Of a stretch of DNA of 64,000 bases, positions 15,401 to 27,323 are shown piece by piece; within the stretch, counting starts at the first letter, position 1; each line of letters begins with the position of its first letter. This DNA comes from Hydrolagus colliei (Eukaryota): positions 10,912,001 through 10,976,000 of the forward strand of contig CM068755.1 of assembly GCA_035084275.1 (NCBI GenBank). The letters run 5' to 3'. Made by a program: the position numbers and the translations under genes. Under the pieces are notes generated by a model, which was given only the letters and a program-made list of their open reading frames with translations, was not told the DNA's origin and did no database searches.

Positions 15401-18400
15401 AATAATCCTTGCATTTGATATATAGTGCATTTCACATCTTATCAATGTCTCAAAGTGCTTCACAGAATATACTGTAAAGTGAATTGACTGTATATTTGTG
15501 GGTGAAACGTGGCAGCAAATTGCACACAGCAGTGTTCCATAAACAGTCATGAATTGAAGTGACCAATTTTATTATACATAGAATTTTCTCACAAGCCAAC
15601 CTCCTGAAACTGTTTCGTGCGGTTTCCTCGCACAAATTCAGTTTGTTTCTAACCATACAATTGTATGGAAGTCAATTATTTATTTTTTTAAACTCGGAGG
15701 GAGGTCTGTTTTTGTTACTTTGTCAAGTTTGTGCAGTATTTGTGTAGAGTGTTTGTTCAGGAAAGGTTGATAATGGATATTTGACTGGCTGGAACACTTC
15801 ACCAAAACAACATAACATCCAGTCTTATTTTCCCTGTTTTTATTATTGTGAGGGGTGTGGGGAACTAGAAGGAAAGCTTGATGGGCTTGTGGCCTTTACT
15901 CTTAAGAGATTTATTTAAAGCAATTCATCTGATGACTGAAATATTACAGAAAATGTGCTAATTATTTGGAGTTCTGCAGCTCAGTGGTTAGAGCACTCAC
16001 CTTACGAGCGAGAGACCTGGGTTACATTCCAGACAGGGCGAAACCTTGGGCAAGTTTCAGTACTCCACACGCCTGATAATTCCTTGAAAAAAACAATAAT
16101 AAATTGGTCACTTCAATCCACGACTGTTTGTGGGACACTACTGTGTGCAATTGGCTGCCGCATTTCACCCACAAAGTATTGCAATCAATTCACTCTACAG
16201 TATATTCTGTGAAGGGCTTCTAGACATCTAGAAGATGTGAAAAGTGTCGTATCAAATCAAGGATTAATTATAAAATAAGAAAACCAGTTCATACCTTAAA
16301 CAATTTGATGTACAAGCCATCTAAAATGAAGCAAAATTATGGATAATGTAAACCTGAAATTGCAGAAAATGTTTATAAAAATGATTGGCTAGGATTCTAA
16401 CTGGCCTCCAATTAATTTTACTGCACTATATTCAGTCAGGTAGTGTTAGTAGCCTAATTGGAAATTATAACCTCAATTTGATTTAACATTAAATTCATAG
16501 TTTTTTTGTGTGTTTCACTAAATTTTAATACAGTTCAGAAATACTGAGGAATGCGAATTCATCCCCCAAATATACATTGTGTATTGGAAAGTCTGAAACT
16601 TAAGGAATGTTTCAAACATGTCTCTAGAGAAGACACTTCATTCCTTGGCTACTTTTTTACATTTGCATTACTGTATTTAATATTGCATTTAAGCAAATGT
16701 ATCATTGCAAGGCAGTCACAAACATACCTTGCTGGGAAGTTAACATTTGCTCCTTGTTGACCAAAAGCTGCAAAAAGAATGTTAAATGTTTCACTTGCCT
16801 TAGCAGAGTTCTTCGAGATTTCTTATGAGGTGTCGAATGCTGTTGTCGATGCTAATCTCAAGATGTCGAGCTGGACTTTGTCATTGACGCGAAATTAGTT
16901 TTTTGCAGTTTGTGTCAGTGATGACTAATTCCGACAAGTCTGAAAGAAAGGCTTCTATTGCACTCAGCTATGATACTCACCAGGTTACAATTTTACTAGC
17001 AAGTGGGAAGTTTTAAGTGCATTTTTAGAACGCTGGCAAACACAGTGAGTACACAGTTGCTCCCCATGTCCCCCTTAACTTGATTTCTCTGGATTCAGGG
17101 ATACATGGTTTATGTAGACGTGAGAAGGATATTTGACTTAAGCCATTATGGATTTGCTTCTTGATGCTTTCCATTGAGTTCCATTACAGGAAACAACGTG
17201 TAATGTAAGATGATCAGTTTTCTCAATTCCAGAAACGTCTAATGCCAAAGCAACCTCACCCAATGATCTTTTACACTTGGGCAATATCCTTCCTGTTATT
17301 AAGCAGTATCCATTGCCATCATACTTTCACACAAATGTGAAGTGTCATTAGAAATTAATTTGGGGATCTCTATTGCCCAAATAATTATAGGGAAAGACCT
17401 GGAGAGAATTTGACTGAATATTTGACTGACTATTTGGGTGCATTTCATACCCTTCATTACGGTTATCTGAATGGCGGAGATCACAAAATGATTATTTAAT
17501 GGCTTTTCATGAATCGGCATAAGTTACCTGTCATTGCAACGCTTGTACGATGACATCAAGACTTTTGTGTCTATGCGCAGAACACATGCTGAATGTGCCA
17601 TCGAACATGTTCTCTCTCAGATCCAGCTTCCCGGGATAGGTGTGAGTGAAGATGATCTCAATCTCTGGGGGTGGGACTAGGAATGTATGTGAAGTGGTAC
17701 TAAATCAGGGGTGATCAGAAGAAATGTGGACAGGTGAAAGATCAAGTTTTGCTTGATTTGTCTTTAGGCATCGGGCAGTTTTTATTCAGGACTTTCCCCT
17801 TGAGATTAAATGGACGAGTGAAGTTTACAATAAGAGTGGTGTTGTGTAACAGTTGAGGGAGTATGGCTGATGAGCCAAATAGCCTTTTCTTTGTCCTTTC
17901 ATTTGTTCTTGTAAATATATAAATTACTGGAATGATTATATGCTGAGACGCGTGCATGATCTCTGTTGTCCGAATTTATCTGAAGCTGAATTATCCTTCA
18001 GACTGTCTTGCCATACGGTGTTTTACCTGTTGTTGACATGATTTGATCCCAGGAGTGGGTTGTACTAAGTCAACTCTGCTACATTATTGAAATTCTTTTC
18101 ATTGTTGATGCATGCATGGGAAATTACAAAAACATTAAGCATATCCCGTGGGATAAAACCATACTGCAAAACAATTGATTTATTACTCTCTGCATTTGTC
18201 AGATTAAGCCAGTGTTTTTCCAATTACTCTGGAGATTAAACTGCTCTTTAATTGTTCCTAGCCGCAGCTCAACTTCTAATCATTAAATCGTACTGTATAC
18301 AAGGAGACCATTCTAGTGTGCTTATTAATTGAGTGTAATTCATAGTTTATATATATTTTCAACATGTCTTGTTATGTTTGAGTTGGATTGCTAAATGGCA

Positions 18401-21400
18401 AATTTGTGGGCATTTCGATTTGTGACTTGTTTTCCAAATGGCCTCATCTCCAGTATTCAATCATAGAACTGAATTGATTTTTCTGCAGAGCTACGTGAAT
18501 TGATACATGGTTGATTTGAATTGAAATGTAAACTGTGCTTTAAATCTAACATCAGTGCATGTTCACTAAATCAATGGAATAGTGGAATTTTGTCAACTAC
18601 CACAGACTATTAATAGCTAATTTCAAGAGGTAATTTCTCGTACTATGGCAATAAATCAGCTGAAAAACATAACGATCTGGCAACTCTTTCCCCTTGAACT
18701 TTGTGTTGGTTATCAACATTTTTGGAATAGCACCTCTGCAAGCTATCAAACTTTCACATTTGACACTGTTTGCTAAATTGCTTTGGTGAAGAGTTGCCTC
18801 AAATCTGTACTTATAGGGTATCAAATAACCAACTAGTGACTATTCTCCCTCAAGAGGGAGAGGTGGGGCAGATGTAAGCAGCATTTCCTTGAGAGGAGCA
18901 AGACAAATCTGGCACAATGAAGGGGTGGGGGAACAAAGGTAAGAAGGGTCTTGAACGAAGGTGCGTTAAAAGAGAAGGCTTTGAGGCTGAAAGCCTAACT
19001 GCTAATAGTTGATTAAGCATGATGATGGATTTCCTCATGTCAGATATTTTTTGACGGACAAAAAAAATGATATAATGTTTAATCATATAATTCATCAAGC
19101 AGATTTTGTTTTAGTTTGGAGGGCTTTGCAATATGTTCTAATAAACCTACTCTCTTACAGAGGGGACTGGATCCAAGTTGGTCTCTGCTATCCCAGAGGG
19201 ACAGTTTTTAAAATCATGTGTGATATAAACGAGCGACAGACTGGAAGAGTACACAGTGTGCAACGATACAAAGCAGCACTGTCAATCAGCACCTTGCAGA
19301 AAAACCCAGACAAGAATTTGTATTATTTCGACAGTGATATGGGGTAGGTACTGTTTGTATTTTTGAAAGGAAAGTGTCAATTGCTAATTGTTTCAATTTG
19401 TTTCATGAGGCTAGTTGGCATAATGAGAACTGAAACTTTGATTTATTTGTTGAAGTATCATCTAACAAATGGCCTTTCCACTGCTAGCAACCTTTTGGAT
19501 ACCGTATATGCAATTGTGACATTTTCAATGCACGTGTACAAGCTGATCGATTGAAAGATAAGTAAAAGTACTTATACTTTGCTAGATGGAAAAGTAAGTG
19601 TTTTCCGTTATGTAGATAGCATAGGTAGCAAAAGTTGTGCATGGAAACTGTCAATCAACTGTTGCTTTCAATTTCAGTAGTTGAAAAATATTTGCATTTC
19701 TAATAAGAATTCCTCTTATTCAAAGAAAAACCCATTAATTTATTTTAGTAATAGTTTGCCCTTCAGCATATTAGGCCTTTTAATGGATTGTAGCTTTATT
19801 TTATATAAGGAAACATGTTGATGTATTTTTGTTTGCTTAAATATTTGCCATGCCCATTCTGGCATAAATAAAATGCATCTTTTGTTCTGTCAATGGATTA
19901 TAAATGAAACTTGTAACATGCCCCATTCAGGGTTTATATATGGGAAGAGTTAAACCATACAAAATAATTACATTCAGGTCAAGCTGAATGACATTCCAGT
20001 TCTCCCTTTAAACACAGTTATAGTTATTGAAGCGGGCTGGAATAAATTAATGTTGTGAACAGTATTGTATGTTTGAAATAATTGAGCTGCTTGGCAAAGA
20101 CTGAACCTAATGAACTTCCAAGATTCTTTTGAGTGCCAGGACGTATAACCTGGGCAGTGCAATATATGGTGTTACATATTTTGGGGGGAGTTTTTTTTTC
20201 TGTTACAATCACCTCTTGTAACAGTTTAACCAACAAGCATTGTGTCTGCATTGCCTTCAGTGCATGTGGAAATGTGTGACTGCCTCACAAATGATTTTGT
20301 TGAAGTCACCTAAAACATTCATTTTGCTTCACCATATTATATTAATTGAGCAAACGTAAGATAAATCTGAAAAAAATCAATTTTATTTATATGCTGCACT
20401 ATATTTGGATTATTAGATCCATTCACATAAAAAAAGATATGATTTATATCAACAGATAAGTACCAAATCACAGGTTGAATATGCATAGCAAAGACTCTTC
20501 ATCGGTTATTCTCTTTACACCACAAGGCAAGCTACCTTCTCCCATAAGAAGATATGAATTTGATTGGACCATGAACTGGTCTCCCTTCATCTGTTTTCAA
20601 TTGTGATCTCATTTCCATTAAATATTAAATATTTTACCAAGATTATGTCATTATGTCTGGTATAAATTTAGTCGATCCTATAAGACCCTCACCCCTTAAA
20701 AGTTTCAGAGTTGTGGAGCGTTTTCAGAAATGCAATCCACTCTTTATTATAGTATTCCCAAAGAGAAGCTTTTTAATTTATCTTGAAGCTGGACGCATTT
20801 CATTTCTACTGTGGGTTGGCTTCAGTTCATGTCACAGTAGAAAGGTCCCAGAGTACATCTGAACAAAAGAAGAGTCAGATCTAGATGTATTCAAATATTA
20901 ACACATTTGGGGTTCTGCTTACTATCTAAAATAATTTCCCAATAATATTATTCAAGTTGCTTCAGCTCTAATATACCAAGTTGCAGAAATAAAATTGCAT
21001 TTGAAAACAAATTGATGATATTACTGTATATAATTATATACAGGTAGACCCCACTGAATGTTGCCTCGCTTGACGTTGTTTTGTTATCACGTTGCTGATA
21101 CATTGGGAACTTATATTCATTTAATGTTGCGATGTTCGCTATTACGTTGTTTGCGTGGGTGGAAAGGGGGCCCGACAGCGCTAGGACCAACGAGAGAGAG
21201 AGAGCCAGCCAGCAGCGAGTGAAACCAGCCAGGCCACCAGCGAGTGAGGCCGGCAGTGAGTGAGTGAGCCGGGCAGGAAGTCAGGGAGCGATTATATGTT
21301 TTTTTCGAAAAGTTTGACAACAAATGGCCAAAAGAACCTAACTCCAGTTTTTACATTCATTCCTATGGGAGACATGTATTCGCTTAACATCTTTTCGCTT

Positions 21401-24400
21401 AAAGTCTCGCTTTGCAAGAACCAAACTATGACGTTAAACGGGGTCTACCTATATATCAAATTCTATTTATTAGCTTGCAAAGCACCTTTTCTTCCTGTAG
21501 CAGTAAGGGATACTGGCTACCTGTCAGTTTCAGAATTTTTGAAGCAGACTGCTCAGATACACTGATTAAACTTTTGAACTGAACAATGAAATGGGAAACG
21601 TGATAATTTCCTTGTTGTACTATTTGTTCTGACTGGGAGTTCATGGTTGATATTCTCCATGAGGTGCACTTGTGAGATATAAATTCAATGTTTTGTTCCT
21701 GTCAGAATCCTCTTTATTATTCTTCAAACAAAGCACATTCGGAAAGGTCACAGTTATTGCTCCAAATATGGCTGTGAACGGGTCAAAATATCAGCACACA
21801 TGATGTCCTGGGGAGTGAATGACTACTTTCAGAAATTATACCCAGTGAAGTACCCAAATATGCCATCTTATCTGTTGCCTCTGACTCAGCGAACAACTGC
21901 ACCTTGTAACCAGTGTGGTGCCCCACAGGTATGTCTTCAACAATCAGTCTTAAAATACTGTGTACATGCACGTGCACACTCTTCGCTGTATAGGACTGTG
22001 TATTGCCAATTACTGCACCATATTTTTAGCAGGCAGTCATTGGCAAATCGCACTAAGTGATCCACTGAATAAAAATGGAAGTTATTGCTCGTGTTAACAG
22101 TTCTTCAACTTTTATTATTGTAATACTTTTTTTTAATTGACAACACAGAAGATAGAATCATAGAATGTTACGGCACAAAAGGAGGCCATTCGGCCCATCT
22201 AGTCTGTGCCGGCTCTTTGAAAAGAGCAACTCATTGCTTGATATAATGTATGTTGCACTTAAAAATGTTAGGCAACAACCTGTTTAGGTCCCTGTAATGG
22301 GGTTGGAAGTTGGTATGAATTGTATACTTTCTGAAACCTCGTTCCTCAGAGTTTGGGCTAAAGTATGATTCCTCCTGTCTGAGTCTGGTTATCCCATGTG
22401 TTTCACTGTCAATTTCAGACTAAATGTACAATATAATGAGTATATTATTCTGAATCAACTTGCATTGAATAAAGTACTGTACTTTCCTTTGTATGGTATT
22501 CCAGGTTGCTATCACCAGTGATCCACATAGAAAGTATGTCAGGATTCAGATACAGTCACAGAGTAGAGCTGATATTCAGAATGGACAAAGACATGCCTTC
22601 ATCAAGGTAAAATGTAATGAGCCGTGGAATTTATGTTCAACAGATTCCAACTACCATATGATGCAGGTATGGGCTCAAATGGCTGCTGTGTTTAACCTAC
22701 CATACACAGTTGACATTACAGTACATCCTGTGAAGCGCTTTTAGGCGTCCAAAACTCTGCCGCACGCATACTCACCCACTCCAAGCTTCGCTCCCCCATT
22801 ACCCCAGTCCTTGCCAGACTTCACTGGCTCCCTATCCCAGAGAGGATCGACTTCAAGATCCTCACTCTTGTTTTCAAATCTCTCCACTCCTCTGCACCCC
22901 CCTATCTCTCTGATCTCCTCTCCCCCCCAACCCAGCACCTGCTGCCTTCGCTCCTCTGGGTCTGGCCTCCTCCATGTCCCCTTGAATCCTCCGCTCCACC
23001 CTTGGTGGCCGTGCCTTCAGCTACTACGCCCTGAACCTCTGGAACTCACTTCCTTCACCTCGCCCTCTCTCTCTTCCCAGTTTCAGGTCACAGCTGAAAA
23101 CCTTTCTCTTCGACCGGGCTTTTGGTCACCTTTCTGCCCCTGTCTCGGTCCCGGGATCCGCTGTTGTAAAGTGCTCTGAGACACTGTCCGGCGTGGAGGG
23201 CGCTATATAAATTGAAGTTGTTGTCTTAAGTGAATAAATAATTCCAGAAAGTATTCACACAGGTTTGCGAGAGCCAAGGCTTGCAGATCCCACAGTGTGT
23301 TTTGGGGTACTGCTGGACTTCAACAAGCTAAAAATACATTGCTTGCCATTGTTTGGTAAGATTTCTGTTGCTGAGCAAGCTTCTTGCTGCTTGTCCAGCT
23401 TGCCTGTTAAGATTTTGGATGGTAGGATTTTGAATAACAAGAGCCAGGTGGGAAGAATCCCTATAGGAAGGTAAAATCAGAATAGAAAGTGAGGGAAAAG
23501 AGCGACAGAAGTATGAAGTGTATCTATTTGCAGTTTAGTTAGTTGATCATTTCCAACAAATGAAATGATCATTTGATTTATGATTTATGTAAATCATAGT
23601 CGATTTTCGTCAACCCTGCAGAAAAACAAATAGATTAAAGGTGCAGGATCCAGGTGCTACATGACGAACATTGTTTGTGTAATCCAATGTATACGGAGCC
23701 ACTGATCTGAATCGTAGCTTTATAGAGGGCGCAATGAAGGGAAAAAATAATTAACAGAGCCTTCCCTTGTCGGAAATCGGAGGAACAGTTGGGCAGACAA
23801 CTCTCATGGCCTTGTGAGCCAGCGACCAGTCACAGCGTGACTTTGGTAGAAAAGCAAATGTTGCCTTTGCACCCTGATAAACAGAAGATGGAGAAGAAGA
23901 AACAGTAAGCCTAGCGACGTCCTCCTGACATGGAAGGCACTATACAAATGTAATTTTGTTGCAAGAGAGAGACAGCTCTGTTCTTCCAGTTTTTACTTAA
24001 TTTTAATTTCACCAACATTTCTCCAGTGCCAAAGTGGAACTCGGATTCTAAGGGAGGGAGTGGAGGGCCGGGGAGGGACTCACTGTTGTCATTTTAGTCC
24101 AGTGTTGGGTGTCCTTACTCTGTTATGTGCTCGGACACAATTGATGCTAATAATCAAGAAATGATGTGTAGAAATCCTAGATCCATAACGGAGTCGCTAG
24201 CCTGGAGTACCGAACAGACTCCACATTCCTTTCAAACAAAACTCTTAGTTTTACCAAGTTGAATTATGTGCTGTACAGAATTACGAGGTAGGGGAACCAG
24301 CTGTATGCTAAATTATCAATTTACGTGGCTGACTCTTTTGCCATCAGCAGCAATGCAATTCCTCACTGGTCATGGCATAAATCAACTCATCACAAAATAC

Positions 24401-27323
24401 ATAGGAACTTTCCTGATGGAGGGTGCGGGGGAGGGGGAAGGGAGTTTGGATGTTCTGACAAATCATGAATAAAAGCTGAAATTTTAGGCGTCTTTTGCAA
24501 TGAATCATTCATGTGTTCCAAAAGAATAAGATCAGATTTCGTATACTGGTTTTGTTTACATGGTTTCTATGCTAAATTTAATTTAACAGTTCAGTACAAG
24601 CCCAATGTCTGACAAAATCACTTCATTTCTAATCAATTATATTTTGTAAAGTGCTTTATTTTTAGAACCACAGAGATTTACAGCACAGAAGAACTTGTTT
24701 TGTGTGGAAGTTTCAAGTTATAGTTATTAAACATATACCATTAACTCTCGGTCAATGTATGTATTTTGTTCCAATAAATATTTGACCTAAATTAATTGAG
24801 TGGCTGCTCTGAGAAGAACGTGAAGGGGGTTGAATAGATAGTTTAGATTTAACTTCTATACATAGAAGATAGTTGAGGTGTTAATTGCTTTGCCTTAAGA
24901 ACCAATGGGACTGAGTAGTGTAAGTAGCTTCAACAAAAAAATTGGTCAGGATTTTGAGGTCGAACGGAATTGGTGGAGACAGGGAGTGATGATATTTGAA
25001 ATGAAGCTGGCCAGATGGCCTGTAATGGCCTTTTCCAGTCCTGCTTATTGCCATTTTCCTAGGCCTCTGAGCCACATTACAGGTCTCAAAGACGACATTT
25101 CATAGCATTTTACAATCGGCGTTCTGGCATCTCCACAACACTCTTTTCCTATTTGAGTCCATTTGGAGAAAGTTAACACAACCCTGGATGCTTTATCGAT
25201 TCATTCGCTTCCTCAAAACAAAAATAACGCATTTCTCTTCTGTTCCTGTAGGTAAATGATGAAGTTTTCCTGTTTGAGAAGCCAGGGCTGTTTTTCGTTG
25301 TGATGGATGCATGTTCTGGAGACATTGTAAGCAGGCAGCATTTTGATACTGTCCTTGTTCCCCGGGTGGTTGATGTCATTGCTAATTACATCAAGATAAC
25401 TATACAAGATAGGTGAGCAGATGGACCATTAAACACATTTTAAATGTTGCCAACTAACACTGTGAAAACAGCTGTAGTGGCTGCCGTAGATGGATGATCA
25501 CTGTAATTCAAATAAAGGGATTTAATATAAACCTTCCGCTGGAATATAATACTTTTCAAGATCACACGTTTAAAAAAAAAACAATTAAGATACTTGAATA
25601 CATGGGGATAGTGAACAGAGCGCTGAGTGGAAGGGAGGGAGGTAAATTGAGGGGGGATTACCTTTGCCCTTCAAGGTCTTTCACAAATGGTTCAACGTCA
25701 AACTGCTCTCAGTTCTTAGTTTCACCCAAGTGTATTCTTGCTAATCATTTCCTGCCTCCGTTGCTTGCAGGTCGATTGTTATGGTTTGTTCAAGAGATGA
25801 TGCTGCATGGCAGCTGACCTCCAGGTCTTCGGCTTTCCTCAGGCTTGGTGCTGCACAGCCAGTAGGATTATTCATGAAAGGTGATGGGTAACTTTTTGCA
25901 CGCTCACATTTAGCTCGTTTTATGCCTCAAAGGCATCCTTAAACATATCAATCAATCCTTTCTGTCATGTGCAGGGGGAGGGAAATGTTGGACACAAATA
26001 GATTATTTGCTGAAATAGAATGCACAGAATCCAGGCCATCAATTTAAAGAGAAGTTATATATCAGTTGTTTACAGCATGAAAGATTCATGAGTGTCTTCC
26101 TTTTGGGGGGGGAAAAAAACTGAAATAATCCTGGAGCACAATGTTCCTGCTATTTTTGCGCTGAAGAATTTGCATGGTTTTGTGTTTGAGTTTTAGAACA
26201 GTGAACCAAAGAGCAAGTTTGCAATATCTGTACAATTTACAAACTATGTCACACAAGCCCCACTTTGTTTTGGTCTCTTACCTTGGAGCCTTTATTTTGT
26301 GGCTAGGTTTTATTTTCACCCATGTGAATTGTTTTTATTTTTGTTGCATGCAATATCCTGTGAGCAATAAAATGATCAGGTCAGCCCACAGAATGAAAAA
26401 TGAGACAGTAAACCTAAGAAGCAAATTCCAGATGTATATAAATGTTTGCCAATTCTTAATTTGTTCCTGACTTGTTAGATACTGGTACAGTTCTTTTTGT
26501 TATATCAAAGTTGCTGAAAAACTTATTTTCATCTGTCAAAGGCTATGCATTGCACAATGGGAATCCATTGCAATGTTTTCGAGGGAGCAATCTTGTTAAG
26601 TGGTCTGCATATTATTGCAACACATTTTAGCTTGGTAAATTTAACCAAGGAAATATAATTTCGAGATGCAATGTTTAGTTTGGGACATGGCAAGTCAGGC
26701 GACTGCCAGGATGGTGTAAGGCGAACCTTAGTCTTCTTTCACTTAGCAAATTATGATATTCTTAATGGTTACAAGTTTTGACAGATCATCAGGTAATGTG
26801 TGCAAAAATAATTGCAGGTGTTGTGTTGTCTGCGTTATTCCCATTATGAGAGCATCTCTAATGCTTGGTTATTGCTCTTTCTTGAAAGTCAAATATTTTG
26901 GAATCTCATCAGTAACCACCATATTGTTACCTTTGGAGCTTTTGCATCAGTATTTTCACATCTCGGTTGAGACAGTTTTAATGCATACTTTTTATCTGTA
27001 CAGGTTCAGACTATTAAGAACCGCCAATTTTCCCATGGACTTCATTCTGTAGCCTAAAATGATTTATGAAAATAACGAGAGCACAGAAAATAATCATTAG
27101 CTCTTTTTTTTGTCTCTTCTTTTTCTTACATTCAGGAAGTTTTGCTATGCTAGGATTCAAAGGGCAGATGAAGCCAGAGTGGATTAAAGTTGTAACCCGC
27201 AGTGCCGGGCAGAAGGCAGCTTCTCTCCAGCATTATGTCCCGTTGAAATTGAACAAATATGGCTGTTCAGAAAACGCAAAGGAAACTCGGAAAGATGTAA
27301 AGTTGTACCACAATCTCATATAG
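404..27323 (+). CDS. Gene A: CEMIP2/TMEM2-like cell-surface hyaluronidase family gene, 3' portion (13 coding exons; 5' part lies upstream of the window)
   Basis: Spliced frame stays open across 13 GT-AG exons to TAG 27321-27323. TMEM2-type motifs: AGLFI.GVKTT, RFRPHQDADP.KPRV, AFKNND.GAW.RGGDII, RTLPRNRTFPIRGFQIYDGPI, C..CG..QV..TSDPH, PL.L..YGC. Exact orthology to CEMIP2 is not established. Confidence 0.92.
835..1092 (+). mobile_element. L2-clade LINE 3' end fragment
   Basis: ctctggaactccatccc...ctgttcagcgccttgggacatcctcccaacgtgaaagacgctctataaatg tail, shared with 2125-2707 and others. Confidence 0.7.
2125..2707 (+). mobile_element. L2-clade LINE 3' fragment (decayed ORF2 C-terminus and tail)
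   Basis: Frameshifted LHRLQIIQDSTACVFSRTR../PILAQLPWLPI resembles the L2 motif LQLIQNAAAR..HITPVL..LHWLP; tail ...aaggcactatagaaatataattgttgtt. Confidence 0.8.
2804..2935 (+). CDS. Gene A exon (RFRPHQDADPRKPRVPANIDGLVAFKNNDHGAWARGGDIIFSNSG)
   Basis: catag|G acceptor, TCAGG|gtatg donor; 132 nt, phase-consistent. Confidence 0.93.
3063..3098 (+). CDS. Gene A micro-exon (FSDNGIGLTLAS)
   Basis: tacag|G, GCAAG|gtaac; 36 nt, matches family motif FADNGIGLT(L/F)AS. Confidence 0.92.
4862..5014 (+). CDS. Gene A exon (SDGTFPTDDGSSLEVSKSIFVGESSNVGFNGGKNRYWGKGAHGEYRTLPRNR)
   Basis: catag|C, AACAG|gtagac; resembles TMEM2 SDGSFPSDEGSSQEVSESLFVGES. Confidence 0.93.
5141..5318 (+). CDS. Gene A exon (TFPIRGFQIYDGPIRL...QLMMERS)
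   Basis: tatag|A, AGGAGT|gtaagt; within ORF 5103..5405. Confidence 0.93.
6963..7178 (+). CDS. Gene A exon (VGLKVFFGKAGQWF...GVICSGKYAQ)
   Basis: tgtag|GTG, GCTCAG|gtagtg; 216 nt, as paralogous CEMIP exon. Confidence 0.93.
9505..9830 (-). mobile_element. Degraded L2-like 3' fragment containing a 20-nt poly-G run (9569-9588)
   Basis: gatggagttccaaag..ggcagaatggctgaa is the reverse complement of the L2 motif at 2480-2520. Confidence 0.55.
10088..10296 (+). CDS. Gene A exon (LYVQARRPENLSL...LYPINFNR)
   Basis: cttag|CTC, AACAG|gtacc. Confidence 0.92.
11467..11609 (-). mobile_element. Short Penelope-like retroelement with minimal hammerhead-like core, flanked by a 13-bp TSD
   Basis: Perfect direct repeat TAGTCTATTTTTG at 11454-11466 and 11610-11622. 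Minus strand reads CTGACGA-acggttgtagaccc-AAAACGTT. Related copies at 39895-39990 and 46800-47020. Confidence 0.7.
11690..11935 (-). mobile_element. Deu-domain SINE (SacSINE/AmnSINE-like), degraded
   Basis: ctgctccctcagtactgcagtggag and gtttaacatcacatctga match the reverse of the Deu core (cagtactgagggagtgctg...agacgttaaac). Confidence 0.65.
14017..14112 (-). mobile_element. tRNA-SINE 3' tail fragment
   Basis: Reverse complement of the tail of the full-length copy 15968-16271. Confidence 0.75.
14215..14440 (+). mobile_element. CR1 LINE 3' end fragment
   Basis: ttgccaaagaatgtcattgaagcagg...catgttgggccgatttgccttttcct, typical CR1 terminus. Confidence 0.6.
15397..15575 (-). mobile_element. tRNA-SINE, 5'-truncated
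   Basis: Reverse complement of the body and tail of 15968-16271. Confidence 0.8.
15968..16271 (+). mobile_element. Full-length tRNA-derived SINE (about 300 bp; resembles the dominant holocephalan SINE2 family)
   Basis: Box A (gcagctcagtggttagagc) and box B-like (gggttacattcc) head, body gtttgtgggacact..tgcaattggctgccg, L2-type tail ...gatgtgaaaagtgtcgtatcaaatcaaggatta; many copies in the window. Confidence 0.88.
19161..19343 (+). CDS. Gene A exon (GDWIQVGLCYPRG...YYFDSDMG)
   Basis: tacag|A, ATGGG|gtaggt; DW.(R/Q)VGLCYP family motif. Confidence 0.93.
21041..21451. mobile_element. Non-autonomous Tc1/mariner (pogo/Tigger-like) DNA transposon/MITE
   Basis: Imperfect TIRs CAGGTAGACCCCACTGAATG (21041-) and CGTTAAACGGGGTCTACCT (-21450), flanked by TA dinucleotides; no transposase ORF. 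Confidence 0.8.
21706..21928 (+). CDS. Gene A exon (ILFIILQTKHIRKGHSYCSKYGCERVKI...CNQCGAPQ)
   Basis: gtcag|A, CCACAG|gtatgt; TMEM2-type GHSYCS..GCERVKI. Confidence 0.92.
22152..22228 (-). mobile_element. CR1 LINE extreme 3' end
   Basis: atagaatcatagaatg...gaggccattcggcccatc, reverse of the CR1 tail at 43790-43948. Confidence 0.75.
22505..22606 (+). CDS. Gene A exon (VAITSDPHRKYVRIQIQSQSRADIQNGQRHAFIK)
   Basis: tccag|GTT, ATCAAG|gtaaaa; resembles TMEM2 VVFTSDPHKSY. Confidence 0.9.
22676..23225 (+). mobile_element. SINE tail fragment (22676-22743) abutting an L2 LINE 3' fragment (22744-23225)
   Basis: L2 part translates VQNSAARILTHSKLRSPITPVLARLHWLPIPERIDFKILTLVFKSL and ends ggagggcgctatataaattgaagttgttgt. 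Confidence 0.85.
25252..25412 (+). CDS. Gene A exon, second GG (ILEI-like) domain (VNDEVFLFEKPGLFFVVMDACSG...TIQDR)
   Basis: tgtag|GTA, GATAG|gtgagc; phase-consistent. Confidence 0.88.
25771..25880 (+). CDS. Gene A exon (SIVMVCSRDDAAWQLTSRSSAFLRLGAAQPVGLFMK)
   Basis: tgcag|G, AAAG|gtgatg; phase 1 joins the final exon to make Gly. Confidence 0.86.
27136..27323 (+). CDS. Gene A terminal coding exon (GSFAMLGFKGQMKPEWIK...PLKLNKYGCSENAKETRKDVKLYHNLI*)
   Basis: ttcag|GA acceptor; stop TAG 27321-27323; TMEM2-type C-terminus (PLQLDEYGC..RRDLELL). Confidence 0.92.

Noticed and set aside
15968-16045. tRNA-like sequences with A and B boxes (also 41740-41816, 46356-46430, 58248-58320)
   Set aside because: Each continues into a SINE body and tail and has no intact cloverleaf; these are SINE heads, not tRNA genes.
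17500-17700. Intronic segment with TGACATCA and TTCCCGGGA motifs (possible enhancer or internal promoter)
   Set aside because: Short imperfect motifs are expected by chance, and there is no independent support in the sequence.
25881-25894. Alternative donor GG|gtaact just after exon 25771-25880
   Set aside because: It gives phase 2, which is incompatible with the phase-1 terminal exon.
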